A DNA stretch of 64,000 bases from Methanomethylovorans hollandica DSM 15978. GTDB taxonomy: Archaea > Halobacteriota > Methanosarcinia > Methanosarcinales > Methanosarcinaceae. Location: the NCBI RefSeq assembly GCF_000328665.1, contig NC_019972.1:62001-126000 (forward strand), written 5' to 3'. The position numbers and the translations under genes were made by a program. Position 1 is the first letter of the stretch, and each line of letters starts with the position of its first letter. The notes under the pieces were generated by a model. The model was not told the DNA's origin, made no database searches, and was given only the letters and a program-made list of their open reading frames with translations. Below are positions 9,242-18,273 of this stretch, piece after piece.

Positions 9242-10888
9242 TCAAAAACCATGTACCATGTATGGTCCTGCAACCATAAACAACATGGTTCCTATAAAAA
9301 GGGTTGATAAAACAAACAGCACTTTTCTGGCTATAATTTCTGATTTTATAGAGTCCTTTGTTATTCTGGTACATATAAATTGAACATATTCTTCAGCAAC
9401 ATGTCCTCCATCCAGAGGCTTTGCCGGTAGGCAGTTGAACAGGCCAACGTAGAAGGATAACCATCCAGTCCAAAGAAGAGCATTTGCTAACCAGAAAACA
9501 AGTACTCCAAAAGGTTCAGCCCAGGATGTTACATGGAAGAACTGCTGGAAAGCTCCACTGAATCCACTGAATCCCTCTCCATCAATACCGTATATTGGAA
9601 GTGCTAACAACAAGAACCATCCGTATTTAGTTGTCAGCATTGATGGAATGCTTTTCAGAGTAGAAATATAAGATCCTGCCTGAAAAGTGCTAACATTTAA
9701 TCCCATCAGGTGAGTACTGCTTGTTCCACTCAAGAAGTTGTAGTAAATTCCAATGTAACCATTTTCTAAGTTTTGATCTGATTCATCTTTTTTTTCTACA
9801 AGAGTACATGTTTTTGATATAACTGTGTTGTTTTCAGGATATACAGCAGTTACAAGTACAGTCTGTCCAGGCGTTGTTGTATCCATGAAATCAATGAATT
9901 GTCCAGGGTTTTCGATCTTGATATTGTCTATGGATGTAATGAACATTCCATAAACAAGTCCTGCTTTCTCTGCAGGTGAATCCGTTACTATTGCTTGTAT
10001 CTCGACTCCCTTAAAGACATCAGGATACGTACTTTTTGTCGATATCGTATATTCTTTTTGTACTCCGTCTTTGATACCGGTTATTGTAATGGTATCTCCC
10101 GGTTTTGTTCTATCCGTATACTTTACAAAATCACGGATAGTATTAACATCGTTCCCATTTACTCCAACAATGATCGTGTCATTCTGAATTCCAGCTGATA
10201 TGGCTGGTCCATTTTCATCGATACCAGTAATGATAGTCTCACCAACTGGTTCTATTGCTCCAAGTACAGGTCCAAATAAAAGGGAGAAGCATACAAAAGC
10301 TAGTAAGAAATTCATTGTTACACCAGCAACAAGTATTCTTACCCTTGATTTTTTCTCTACTTTTATAATCTCCTCATTATCCGGCTCTGCGAAACCACCG
10401 ACAGGGAATATTGCAAGAAGGATTCCCATTGAGTTAACTTTAACTTTTTCAACTCTTGACATTACTGCATGGCCAAGTTCATGCAGACCAACTGAAAGTA
10501 CGAATGCGATCCAACCCCAGATCGCAGGAAGGAATTCATTTACTCCAGGTATCAGGAATATGTTTCTGGGCGCAATGAACTTATCCGGCTCTGGCATTCC
10601 ATTAATATCAATTGTAGTGAGGAAACCCTTTACGGAAATAAACATAAAATATACGATTCCTATCATTCCCAGAAAGAGCAGAATTGTCCCCAAGTTTCCC
10701 AGAGCTTTCCATGCTTTTTTTGGCTTTGCTAATTTATCAAAGACAAACAGGCCTTTTGTTGTTCTTAGCATTATGAATGGTCCAAACCATGACATATTGT
10801 ACTTTTCAATAACATGTTTTTTTTTAAGTACAATAACTGCTAATCCATACATTAAAACAAACAACATTGATATTTGAATGTCATTCAA
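9242..10888 (-). CDS. site-2 protease (M50) with two PDZ domains
   Basis: HELGH, NCLPAKPLDGG, PDZ motifs GPAISAGI and SPAEKAGL, multiple TM segments. Confidence 0.92.
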   Translation of the reverse strand: MNDIQISMLFVLMYGLAVIVLKKKHVIEKYNMSWFGPFIMLRTTKGLFVFDKLAKPKKAWKALGNLGTILLFLGMIGIVYFMFISVKGFLTTIDINGMPEPDKFIAPRNIFLIPGVNEFLPAIWGWIAFVLSVGLHELGHAVMSRVEKVKVNSMGILLAIFPVGGFAEPDNEEIIKVEKKSRVRILVAGVTMNFLLAFVCFSLLFGPVLGAIEPVGETIITGIDENGPAISAGIQNDTIIVGVNGNDVNTIRDFVKYTDRTKPGDTITITGIKDGVQKEYTISTKSTYPDVFKGVEIQAIVTDSPAEKAGLVYGMFITSIDNIKIENPGQFIDFMDTTTPGQTVLVTAVYPENNTVISKTCTLVEKKDESDQNLENGYIGIYYNFLSGTSSTHLMGLNVSTFQAGSYISTLKSIPSMLTTKYGWFLLLALPIYGIDGEGFSGFSGAFQQFFHVTSWAEPFGVLVFWLANALLWTGWLSFYVGLFNCLPAKPLDGGHVAEEYVQFICTRITKDSIKSEIIARKVLFVLSTLFIGTMLFMVAGPYMVHGF

Positions 10889-11337
10889 ATGGTTTCAACT
10901 CCAATATTTCGGGTTATTTTTTCGATTGGATTTTAAGAGCTTATGAATTACAATTATGTTCAAATTCTCTATATTCAATTCCTTCAATGGGTATACCGTT
11001 TCCTCTGTACGCAAAATACTCTATCATCTATTTTGCTGCTGTAGGGAGAATACTTGCTGTTTGATTCGATTAGATGTTCTTAGTAACCGATCAGTCGAGC
11101 AATTATAAACAAAATCAATCCCAGGATATACCCCTGATATTCTTTTATTAATGCGTTTATTTGCATGATATTCCTTATATTATGTTAAGAAAGATATAAA
11201 GATTTTCTTACATTTTTTATAGTTTGCTTTTTTGTTCGAAAGTCATCCTTTGGTATTAATTCTAACAACGAAAAATCTCCAACAGCAGAGCATATAAAGT
11301 CTATACGAATATTAGATCCGAAAAACCAAAAAAGATT

Positions 11338-11532
11338 CTATATTATTTTTCCGTATATGAGAACAATTGATAGGATAGAAATAATTATCCAAAATATAAC
11401 GTACTTGAAAATACCGAATGTAATTTTGAATGGCAGGGACACGGTATCTTGGATGAATCCTCTTCCTTTAGGAAAGGCGTAATAGATTAATATGAGTAAA
11501 ATTGGCAATAAGTATAGATCAATCTTGTTCAC
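11338..11532 (-). CDS. small membrane protein
   Basis: 64-aa ORF with two hydrophobic segments. Confidence 0.4.
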   Translation of the reverse strand: MNKIDLYLLPILLILIYYAFPKGRGFIQDTVSLPFKITFGIFKYVIFWIIISILSIVLIYGKII

Positions 11533-11704
11533 AATGAAAAACTGTCATTACAGTATATGAGCATGTCGGGATTTTTTGGCAAACACATCTCAATTAAAAA
11601 ATTAGCAAACTATAAATACAAACACATCATTATAAATATATGTATGTGAATAAGTGTTTTATTAAAAGTAGAACACAATTTTATATATCGTTGAGGTATT
11701 AAAA

Positions 11705-12106
11705 ATGAGAATTAGAGTAATTAGTTCAACGGATGAATTTGAATCACTTAAACAAACTGAAAACATCATACACCTTGCATTCAGGCCATCGAATACTGAT
11801 ATCTTTTCTATAGTAACGAAATGTCCCCAGCTAAAAGCAATTCAGATCCCTCCCTCCTATAAGAAAACGATATCAAAAACTACTATAACTTTCCTTGAAA
11901 TGCAGGGTATCAAACTGCTTGAAGGGGATGTATGGGGACACCGTAAGGACCTCAACGAGTATTCCGAAGTATCTCCTAATATATATGATCGAATAAATGA
12001 ACTTCGTCAAAAAGGGATGAGTGATTCTGATATAGCCGAAAAGATGTCAAGAGAGACTAGGCTAAATTCAGATTTTGTTTCTTTCTTACTGACCTACAAC
12101 AATTAA
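11705..12106 (+). CDS. DUF1699 family protein
   Basis: MRIRVISS..HLAFRPSNTD..LLEGDVWGHRKD; paralog at 41935-42333. Confidence 0.85.
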   Translation: MRIRVISSTDEFESLKQTENIIHLAFRPSNTDIFSIVTKCPQLKAIQIPPSYKKTISKTTITFLEMQGIKLLEGDVWGHRKDLNEYSEVSPNIYDRINELRQKGMSDSDIAEKMSRETRLNSDFVSFLLTYNN

Positions 12107-12125
12107 TCTTCTAATTCTGGTCTAT

Positions 12126-13529
12126 CAAGTTGGAGCAAGATGACCCCCGTATTCAAACGGGGGATGAATTTCAATTTTAACAAAAAAGGCATCCATATTA
12201 TCAACGCATATTAGATTTGATAATAAGAACCTATTTTTTTAGATGAGTGATTAGATGAAGAAAGGTAATGTATATCGAATCTATCCTGACAAGGAACAAA
12301 AAACTTTGTTAGAGCAGCATTTTGGTGCTACCCGATTCATCTACAACCGTTCTCTTTCGATCAAGAATCTGATGTATGACAAATTCCGGATCAATGTGAC
12401 AGAAATCGACCTGAATAATAACTTAAGTTCTCTCAAGGAAACATTTCCCTGGTTGAAAGATATCAATTCTCAATCGTTACAACAGGCAAACCGAAATCTA
12501 TTGACTGGATTTAAGAACTTCTTTGATGGAAACGGCTCTTTTCCGACCAGAAAAAAGAAGAAAGACAATCATTTCTCATTTCAGGTTCCTCAAAATTACC
12601 AGATTAATCTTACAGCTTCCCTGATATACCTTCCTAAAATAGGATGGATGAAAATAGTTATTCACAGAGATTTTCTAAGCAAGGAATTCATTGAAAATAA
12701 TCTCGTCCTAAAAGAAGTCAATGGAGAAAAGATCCTTGACCAGAAATTGAATAAAGAGTTTAGGATTCTAAAGACGTTAACTGTTTCAAGGACATTAGCT
12801 GGAAGGTATCATGTAAGTATTCTGGTCGAGGATAATGAACCCTATCCTGAACCTGAATCTTTTACGGAGGAAACAACAGTTGGAATTGATGTCGGAATCA
12901 AGTTATTTGCTGTTCTGTCAACGGGAGAGGTCATTGAAAACCCTAAGTTCCTGAAAAGGTCATTGAAGAAACTCGTCAAATTACAAAGGAGTGTATCCAG
13001 AAAACAAAAAGGTTCAAAGAACAGGAAGAAAACTGTCGCTAAACTAGCAAAACATCATCAGTTAATAGCTAACCAGAGAAACGATTATCAGCATAAGGTT
13101 TCCATGAAGATAATTAGCGAAAACCAAGCTGTCTGTTTGGAAGATCTTAATGTAAAAGGATTGGTTAGGAATCATTGTCTTGCTCAGAGCATCAGTGATG
13201 TTGGATGGTCTGAGTTCATTCGGAAGCTTATCTACAAGGCAGAATGGTATGGTAAGACCATTCTAAGAATTGGTAGATTTGAAGCATCATCAAAGTCCTG
13301 TAATGTTTGTGGATACAAGAAGGATAATCTTACTCTTGATATAAGAGAATGGGAATGTCCTTCATGTAAGACTCTTCATGACAGAGATCTTAATGCATCT
13401 ATCAACATCAAGAAAATCGCACTTAATAACTTAAACACCGCAGGAACTGCGGGAAGGGCCTATGGACTTACTGGCATAAGTCAGAGGTATGAAGTAGGAA
13501 GCCACCCTTTTTAAAGGGTGGTAGTTCAC
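12126..13529 (+). mobile_element. IS1341-like tnpB-only element (left boundary approximate)
   Basis: Left hairpin CCCCCGT..ACGGGGG 12144-12163; right hairpin GAAGCCACCCTT..AAGGGTGGTAGTTCAC ending 13529. Confidence 0.8.
12255..13514 (+). CDS. tnpB: RNA-guided endonuclease TnpB
   Basis: GIDVG, CLEDL, DRDLNAS; CNVC/CPSC Zn finger. Confidence 0.93.
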   Translation: MKKGNVYRIYPDKEQKTLLEQHFGATRFIYNRSLSIKNLMYDKFRINVTEIDLNNNLSSLKETFPWLKDINSQSLQQANRNLLTGFKNFFDGNGSFPTRKKKKDNHFSFQVPQNYQINLTASLIYLPKIGWMKIVIHRDFLSKEFIENNLVLKEVNGEKILDQKLNKEFRILKTLTVSRTLAGRYHVSILVEDNEPYPEPESFTEETTVGIDVGIKLFAVLSTGEVIENPKFLKRSLKKLVKLQRSVSRKQKGSKNRKKTVAKLAKHHQLIANQRNDYQHKVSMKIISENQAVCLEDLNVKGLVRNHCLAQSISDVGWSEFIRKLIYKAEWYGKTILRIGRFEASSKSCNVCGYKKDNLTLDIREWECPSCKTLHDRDLNASINIKKIALNNLNTAGTAGRAYGLTGISQRYEVGSHPF

Positions 13530-13573
13530 AACATGAATGGAGAGATAATTGATTTGTATGAGAGGAATGTGTA

Positions 13574-13795
13574 ATGTTCAAAGCAACTTTGGATAGAATA
13601 GAGGATCAAAATGCTGTATTGCTTGTCAGAGAAGATGAAAGTAAAATGTTATTTGTTCCTCTTTCTCTTTTACCTTCTGGTATTGGGGAAGGCGATATTT
13701 TGGAGATAGAAATTCGACAGGATATTTTGGGAACAGAACAGGCAAGAGAAAGAGTAGTGTCTTTGCTTGATAGGCTCAAAAATAAAAAACATTAA
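13574..13795 (+). CDS. DUF3006 family protein
   Basis: ATLDRIEDQNAVLL..LPSGIGEGDIL pattern, C-terminal helix. Confidence 0.8.
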   Translation: MFKATLDRIEDQNAVLLVREDESKMLFVPLSLLPSGIGEGDILEIEIRQDILGTEQARERVVSLLDRLKNKKH

Positions 13796-13800
13796 TATTT

Positions 13801-15087
13801 CTATGCCATTAGGTGTACTCTGTTGCCTGAGTACATTATTACGAGACCTCTTTGGTGTAATTCTCGTAGTGCATCCAGAAAACGCTGTTCATTGAGCTTA
13901 GTGATTTCTCTGATATCATCAATGGACATTTTTGTATCTGTTATAAATCCATTAAGCATTTCTCCATGAAGGACCTGTGCATCCGTAGATAATTTTCGTT
14001 CTTTTGAGGCTTTAGTAGTATCGGTTATAGTGTAGTGGAACATATCAATCCAAGTGTCAACGGATGTTCTTATTTCATCTTTGGTCGTTTTCTCTGTGAG
14101 TTTAGTCCTGGCTATAGCCATTGATAATTTTGGTACTACAGAACCAATGTCCTGATTATAGGAAATTCCTGTGCTAGACCGGAGTTCGTTGATCAAATCG
14201 TAAAAAGCGTTGTCAACCGTTTTTTCTAGAGATTTAGTGATCTTAGGCTGGAATATTAGAGAATCAAGTATTCTTCCAGTGACCAGGGGGCTAAGGTAAT
14301 CCATATCTTCTTTGTATGTATTAAGTGGCATTAGTTCAATATCATTTTTTTTACTGGATATCTGGATAGGAAGCTGGATGGGCATGTTTTCGGGATTATG
14401 TACAGCGATATTTATCTCTGCTTTACTTTTTGTTGGTACATTAATTGGTTTGTCGATGAACTGATATCTGATATCAGATTTAGGAGAGAGTAGTTCCGTT
14501 GGAATAACGGAGAACTTTCTCTTATAGGCATTCCAATCTTTCTTTTTTCCAAATATTGCAGTGTTCATACCTCCACATTCAAAATCGAGGTACTGTGGTG
14601 ATGATACGGAGCAAATGCTTAGTACGTTTCCAAGGGTTTCAATAGCTGAAACATCTCCCTTTACTCCTCCGGTAAAGTAGCTAATAAATTCCTCTTGATC
14701 TAGCATTTGCCTTTGAGTTATCTTTTTCGGATCTACTTTTATCCAGCTGGCTACATAATGCAGATAAATGTAACTAATATCCGGAGGATATCCATCAACC
14801 ATCTTTTCAGTTTCAGTAACAGTAGCTTTTACGATGGTCTTTTCGTCTGGAAATGGTGGTTTTACAAATACATAGTAATGATTAGTATCCATGTTATAGA
14901 AAGGAGAAGGATTCAGTTGGAATGTATTGGGAAGGTTATGCATCTTTTTAGCGAAACCCATATGATCTTTTACAAGAACAGCATTATCTTTTTCCAAGTC
15001 TATATTTTCCTTTCCAAAGAGTAGATGGTGTTCTAATCCTGAGAATTCATACCCGTACATTCGATTTCTTAGTGATGATCTAGCCAT
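13801..15087 (-). CDS. degenerate MCM-like AAA+ protein with C-terminal wHTH
   Basis: GGMNTAIFG at the position of MCM GDINILLVG, with no Walker A; lid-like PKLSMAIARTKLTEKTTKDEI; terminal wHTH. Confidence 0.5.
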   Translation of the reverse strand: MARSSLRNRMYGYEFSGLEHHLLFGKENIDLEKDNAVLVKDHMGFAKKMHNLPNTFQLNPSPFYNMDTNHYYVFVKPPFPDEKTIVKATVTETEKMVDGYPPDISYIYLHYVASWIKVDPKKITQRQMLDQEEFISYFTGGVKGDVSAIETLGNVLSICSVSSPQYLDFECGGMNTAIFGKKKDWNAYKRKFSVIPTELLSPKSDIRYQFIDKPINVPTKSKAEINIAVHNPENMPIQLPIQISSKKNDIELMPLNTYKEDMDYLSPLVTGRILDSLIFQPKITKSLEKTVDNAFYDLINELRSSTGISYNQDIGSVVPKLSMAIARTKLTEKTTKDEIRTSVDTWIDMFHYTITDTTKASKERKLSTDAQVLHGEMLNGFITDTKMSIDDIREITKLNEQRFLDALRELHQRGLVIMYSGNRVHLMA

Positions 15088-15127
15088 ATTTTTTCCTTTT
15101 ACTCTTTCAGAAAGAACGGGAGAACTA

Positions 15128-16249
15128 TTATGTATTTCCCTTGACCGCAATCTGTTCGTCTATTCTTGTCCATTCTTTTACATATGTTTGCATTTCCGGG
15201 CATTCAGGAATGTTTTGGATCCAATCATTAAGTGCTAAAACATCAAGGTTGAATGTTATCTGAAGGAGTCCTATAACTTCTTTCTGATCAATATAGAAAA
15301 GAACATTTCTGGTTTGGAAAACTGCGTTCTGGAAATCTTTCTTGTTAGCATTAATCATTCTTTCCATTTCTTTTAGGATTACTGGTAGAAGACTTAATCT
15401 ATATAAAAGATAGAAGGAGAAGAAAGCACGGGTAATTCTGTCGATTATTCTTTTTTCGATTGACTTGATAAAAGCTGCATATGGAATATTCTTTGTAGTT
15501 GTTTTTGATATTTCTTTTTGAGGAAGGTATAATTCCATCTGTTTCGCAACACCAGCGTATATTCCTCGTTTTTTGTTTCGGTATTCTTCGTTTAGATTCC
15601 TGAATTTATTGATCTCAATCAGTATTTCAACTTCTTTCTCAGTAAAGATAGAATGTTTTTTCAAGAGTTTCTGCAAATATGTGTAATCTTTTGGATTGTT
15701 GATATTGGCAGAGATTTCGTGTATTTCATTGGGTATTTCACTTGTCTTTCTGATGTTATTATTTCCAATGTCGAATATTGTTTCTATCAGATCCATTACA
15801 ATGTTATCTGTAATGTCAGATAGTTTATTTCGGGTATGTGCAATAGCATTCTGGAATTCATTCTTGTTAGTTTCTATCAGCTGATTGATGTCATTTAAGG
15901 TAACGGGTAGTAGATTGAATTTGTATATTAGATGGAGAGAGAAGTAAGCATTGACTATTTTTTGAGTAATTTGCTTTTCTGTTTCTTTTATATATGCAGC
16001 ATATGGTACGTTTACTGTAATTAGAGTTCCTTTTACGATTTTTGTTTGTGGATAATACAAGTTCATTCTCTTAGCAACTTCGGAGTACATTCCCCTTGGT
16101 CTGCTTTTCCAAGTTCCTTTTTCTTCACGATATTTTTTGATCTCAAGAAGGACTTCTATTTCTTTTCCAGTTAATAGTGAGTGATCTTTGAGAAAATGGC
16201 GTAGCTTTGAAAAATCCTCATGATTCTCTATTTCTCTCCATCGTCCCAT
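15128..16249 (-). CDS. protein made of two ~170-aa repeats, possibly HTH DNA-binding
   Basis: HSLLTGKEIEVLLEI/HSIFTEKEVEILIEI, RGMYSEVAKRMNLY/RGIYAGVAKQMELY, PYAAYIK/PYAAFIK. Confidence 0.7.
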   Translation of the reverse strand: MGRWREIENHEDFSKLRHFLKDHSLLTGKEIEVLLEIKKYREEKGTWKSRPRGMYSEVAKRMNLYYPQTKIVKGTLITVNVPYAAYIKETEKQITQKIVNAYFSLHLIYKFNLLPVTLNDINQLIETNKNEFQNAIAHTRNKLSDITDNIVMDLIETIFDIGNNNIRKTSEIPNEIHEISANINNPKDYTYLQKLLKKHSIFTEKEVEILIEINKFRNLNEEYRNKKRGIYAGVAKQMELYLPQKEISKTTTKNIPYAAFIKSIEKRIIDRITRAFFSFYLLYRLSLLPVILKEMERMINANKKDFQNAVFQTRNVLFYIDQKEVIGLLQITFNLDVLALNDWIQNIPECPEMQTYVKEWTRIDEQIAVKGNT

Positions 16250-16870
16250 AGTTTTATTCCATTATTTTTTGTTAGTGTATTTGTTTGTTTTTTTATATAT
16301 TTACTTCTCTAAGTTGACTTTAGATTTTTTAGTATATTGATATTATATTTTTCTATTTAGAATCTATAGGAAACGTTAGAATATAAGCGTGATCTTCAAA
16401 TATTAGAAACTCTATTTATAACATGTTACTGTCGGGGCACTCACCTATGCAAAAAAATCTTTTTTTCTCAATCCTTTTGAGTGCTCTAAAATTCTAATCA
16501 ATTACTACTGACATTCTGTACTAGAGGTGTATGTTGGTATTCCTTATATCAGAATATCTCAGTCAAAGTGACTTGCTGATAAAAAAGTGAGTTTAAAGGA
16601 GACCCCCTCCCTTTTGCGGAGGAGGGGGAGCGACATCTGCAAAATCGTTGTGGTTGGATTCTGCAATTGCAAATATCTTAATATGTTCTATATATTTATA
16701 TCTTTTGTATTTTCAACGTATTGTTGTTGTTTTATTGTGAATATCACAAAAAATGTAAGTAATTACATTATAGATAATTAGATCGGAAGCAAGATATGTA
16801 TCAGTAACAGGATCAAAAACAATGTCTTGCTTCTGATATTAATAATAGTATTGATCATATTAAGGAATTT

Positions 16871-16887
16871 TGGCCACTTTTTCGAAC
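16871..16887 (-). promoter_or_regulatory. GTTC-N6/7-TGGCCA motif copy 1
   Basis: + strand TGGCCACTTTTTCGAAC; one of five copies. Confidence 0.5.
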
Positions 16888-16899
16888 AATGACATGCTT

Positions 16900-17121
16900 C
16901 TATTTTCCTCTTTTACGAATAATTTGGTATGATACGTATATTAAAATGAAAAATCCTGCAGACATCATTAGCCCTGCGCTATATCCAGCAACACTGTCAT
17001 CCATTCCAACATTTGTTTCTGTAAATATTCCATACAATAAAATCGGCAAAGCTATAATGATAGGCGTAAGTAACAAGATTTTTCCTATAACTTCTAAAGC
17101 ATGTAAATAATCTTCTTCCAA
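16900..17121 (-). CDS. small 2-TM protein, paralog of 30048-30290
   Basis: Shared LExxGKxLxLTPIIIALP and AGYSAGLMxSAG..IYVSY. Confidence 0.75.
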   Translation of the reverse strand: MEEDYLHALEVIGKILLLTPIIIALPILLYGIFTETNVGMDDSVAGYSAGLMMSAGFFILIYVSYQIIRKRGK

Positions 17122-17166
17122 CTAATCACCTTATCTTTTATTTGAAAAAAAAAAAGGAAAGTGTTT

Positions 17167-18030
17167 TTAAAAGTCTATTTTAACATTCGAGTATTTTGTA
17201 TATCCTCCGCTATCTCCATCTTGTGGTCCAAAGTCTGATCCAGCTTCTCCAGCTCCATATACTGAAGCACTTGTTTGTACTTTTAGGTAAGCAATATAAT
17301 TGTGGCCACCCTGTATATTTACGGCTAATCCTTTATTGAAACTTTCTCCAACTTCATACCATCCAAGACCACCAGCTGATTCACTATATATCTCAGTAGA
17401 ATATTCCGTTCCAGTAGTTGAATCTTTTAATATAAGATGAACTTTCGAGCTACTTGAGCCTCCAGCAGCTGCAGAGGTCAATCCTTCAATATATCCATTC
17501 ATTCTTATGTTTGCAGTTCTGCTTCCAGTGCCGCTAACATAGAAAGAAGTTCCTACCCATGACCATGCTCCTCCTCCTCCATATCCTCCGGGACCAACGA
17601 CTGTTGCACCAGTAGCTTTGTTTGAACTGGTAGTATATCCAGATCCATATAATATCGGAGCTACTCCCCACTTTGATTTTCCACTGGAACCAGTATTTGC
17701 GCTATAGAATGTTTTATCAGTGCCAAGAGTAACGGTATTAGTAGCAAGAGTTCCAGAGAGAGATTTAGTGTTTTTGCTATCGTTAATTGCTTTTTCTACG
17801 GAAGCAGTTATCTGTGACTCCATTTCCTTCTCAATCTGCATTCGTATGTTCTCTGCTTCTTTGAGATCTGCGTATGAAGATGAATTATTCGAAGCGTGTG
17901 AAGCTATTTCTTTTTCTTTTGTGCTTATATCTGCTGTCTTTTCTATTGATTCTGCACTTGCTGTAACTACAAACAATGTACAAATCAACAGCGTTCCTAT
18001 AACCAGCATATTTCTTAACCGATTTCTCAT
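17167..18030 (-). CDS. secreted protein (signal peptide, charged spacer, Gly/Ser/Thr/Tyr-rich domain)
   Basis: Signal ending ASA-E; composition. Confidence 0.8.
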   Translation of the reverse strand: MRNRLRNMLVIGTLLICTLFVVTASAESIEKTADISTKEKEIASHASNNSSSYADLKEAENIRMQIEKEMESQITASVEKAINDSKNTKSLSGTLATNTVTLGTDKTFYSANTGSSGKSKWGVAPILYGSGYTTSSNKATGATVVGPGGYGGGGAWSWVGTSFYVSGTGSRTANIRMNGYIEGLTSAAAGGSSSSKVHLILKDSTTGTEYSTEIYSESAGGLGWYEVGESFNKGLAVNIQGGHNYIAYLKVQTSASVYGAGEAGSDFGPQDGDSGGYTKYSNVKIDF

Positions 18031-18177
18031 TGTTTACCTCTTGTTCTTTACTCCAGAGGCGTTGAAATATGGATTTTAATTTTGTAAAGCCAATATCTCT
18101 ATGCCTTTGGGCCACTAGGGTTTGAATCGACTCTGAATGTTTAGTTCAATCCCGAGCACATATATTCATGATGTGCT
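18031..18177 (-). promoter_or_regulatory. conserved structured 5' leader, copy 1
   Basis: Homologous to 28825-28970; identical 26-mer 18035-18060; compensatory stem changes. Confidence 0.65.
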
Positions 18178-18212
18178 ATATTGTAATACAACTAAATTTC
18201 ATTTATGTATTA

Positions 18213-18229
18213 TGGCCACTTTTTCGAAT
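18213..18229 (-). promoter_or_regulatory. GTTC-N6/7-TGGCCA motif copy 2
   Basis: + strand TGGCCACTTTTTCGAAT, just upstream of an AT-rich TATA-like tract. Confidence 0.5.
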
Positions 18230-18273
18230 TAATAATTAATGTTATCGATTTGTAAAAAAGTGAAAATAATAAT

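Noticed and set aside
16587..16781. 64-aa ORF
   Set aside because: Low-complexity AT-rich translation overlapping a hairpin; likely non-coding
18031..18177. c-di-GMP-I (GEMM) riboswitch
   Set aside because: CUAAAC and GCCUCUGG resemble fragments of it, but the order and the GNRA/receptor architecture do not match
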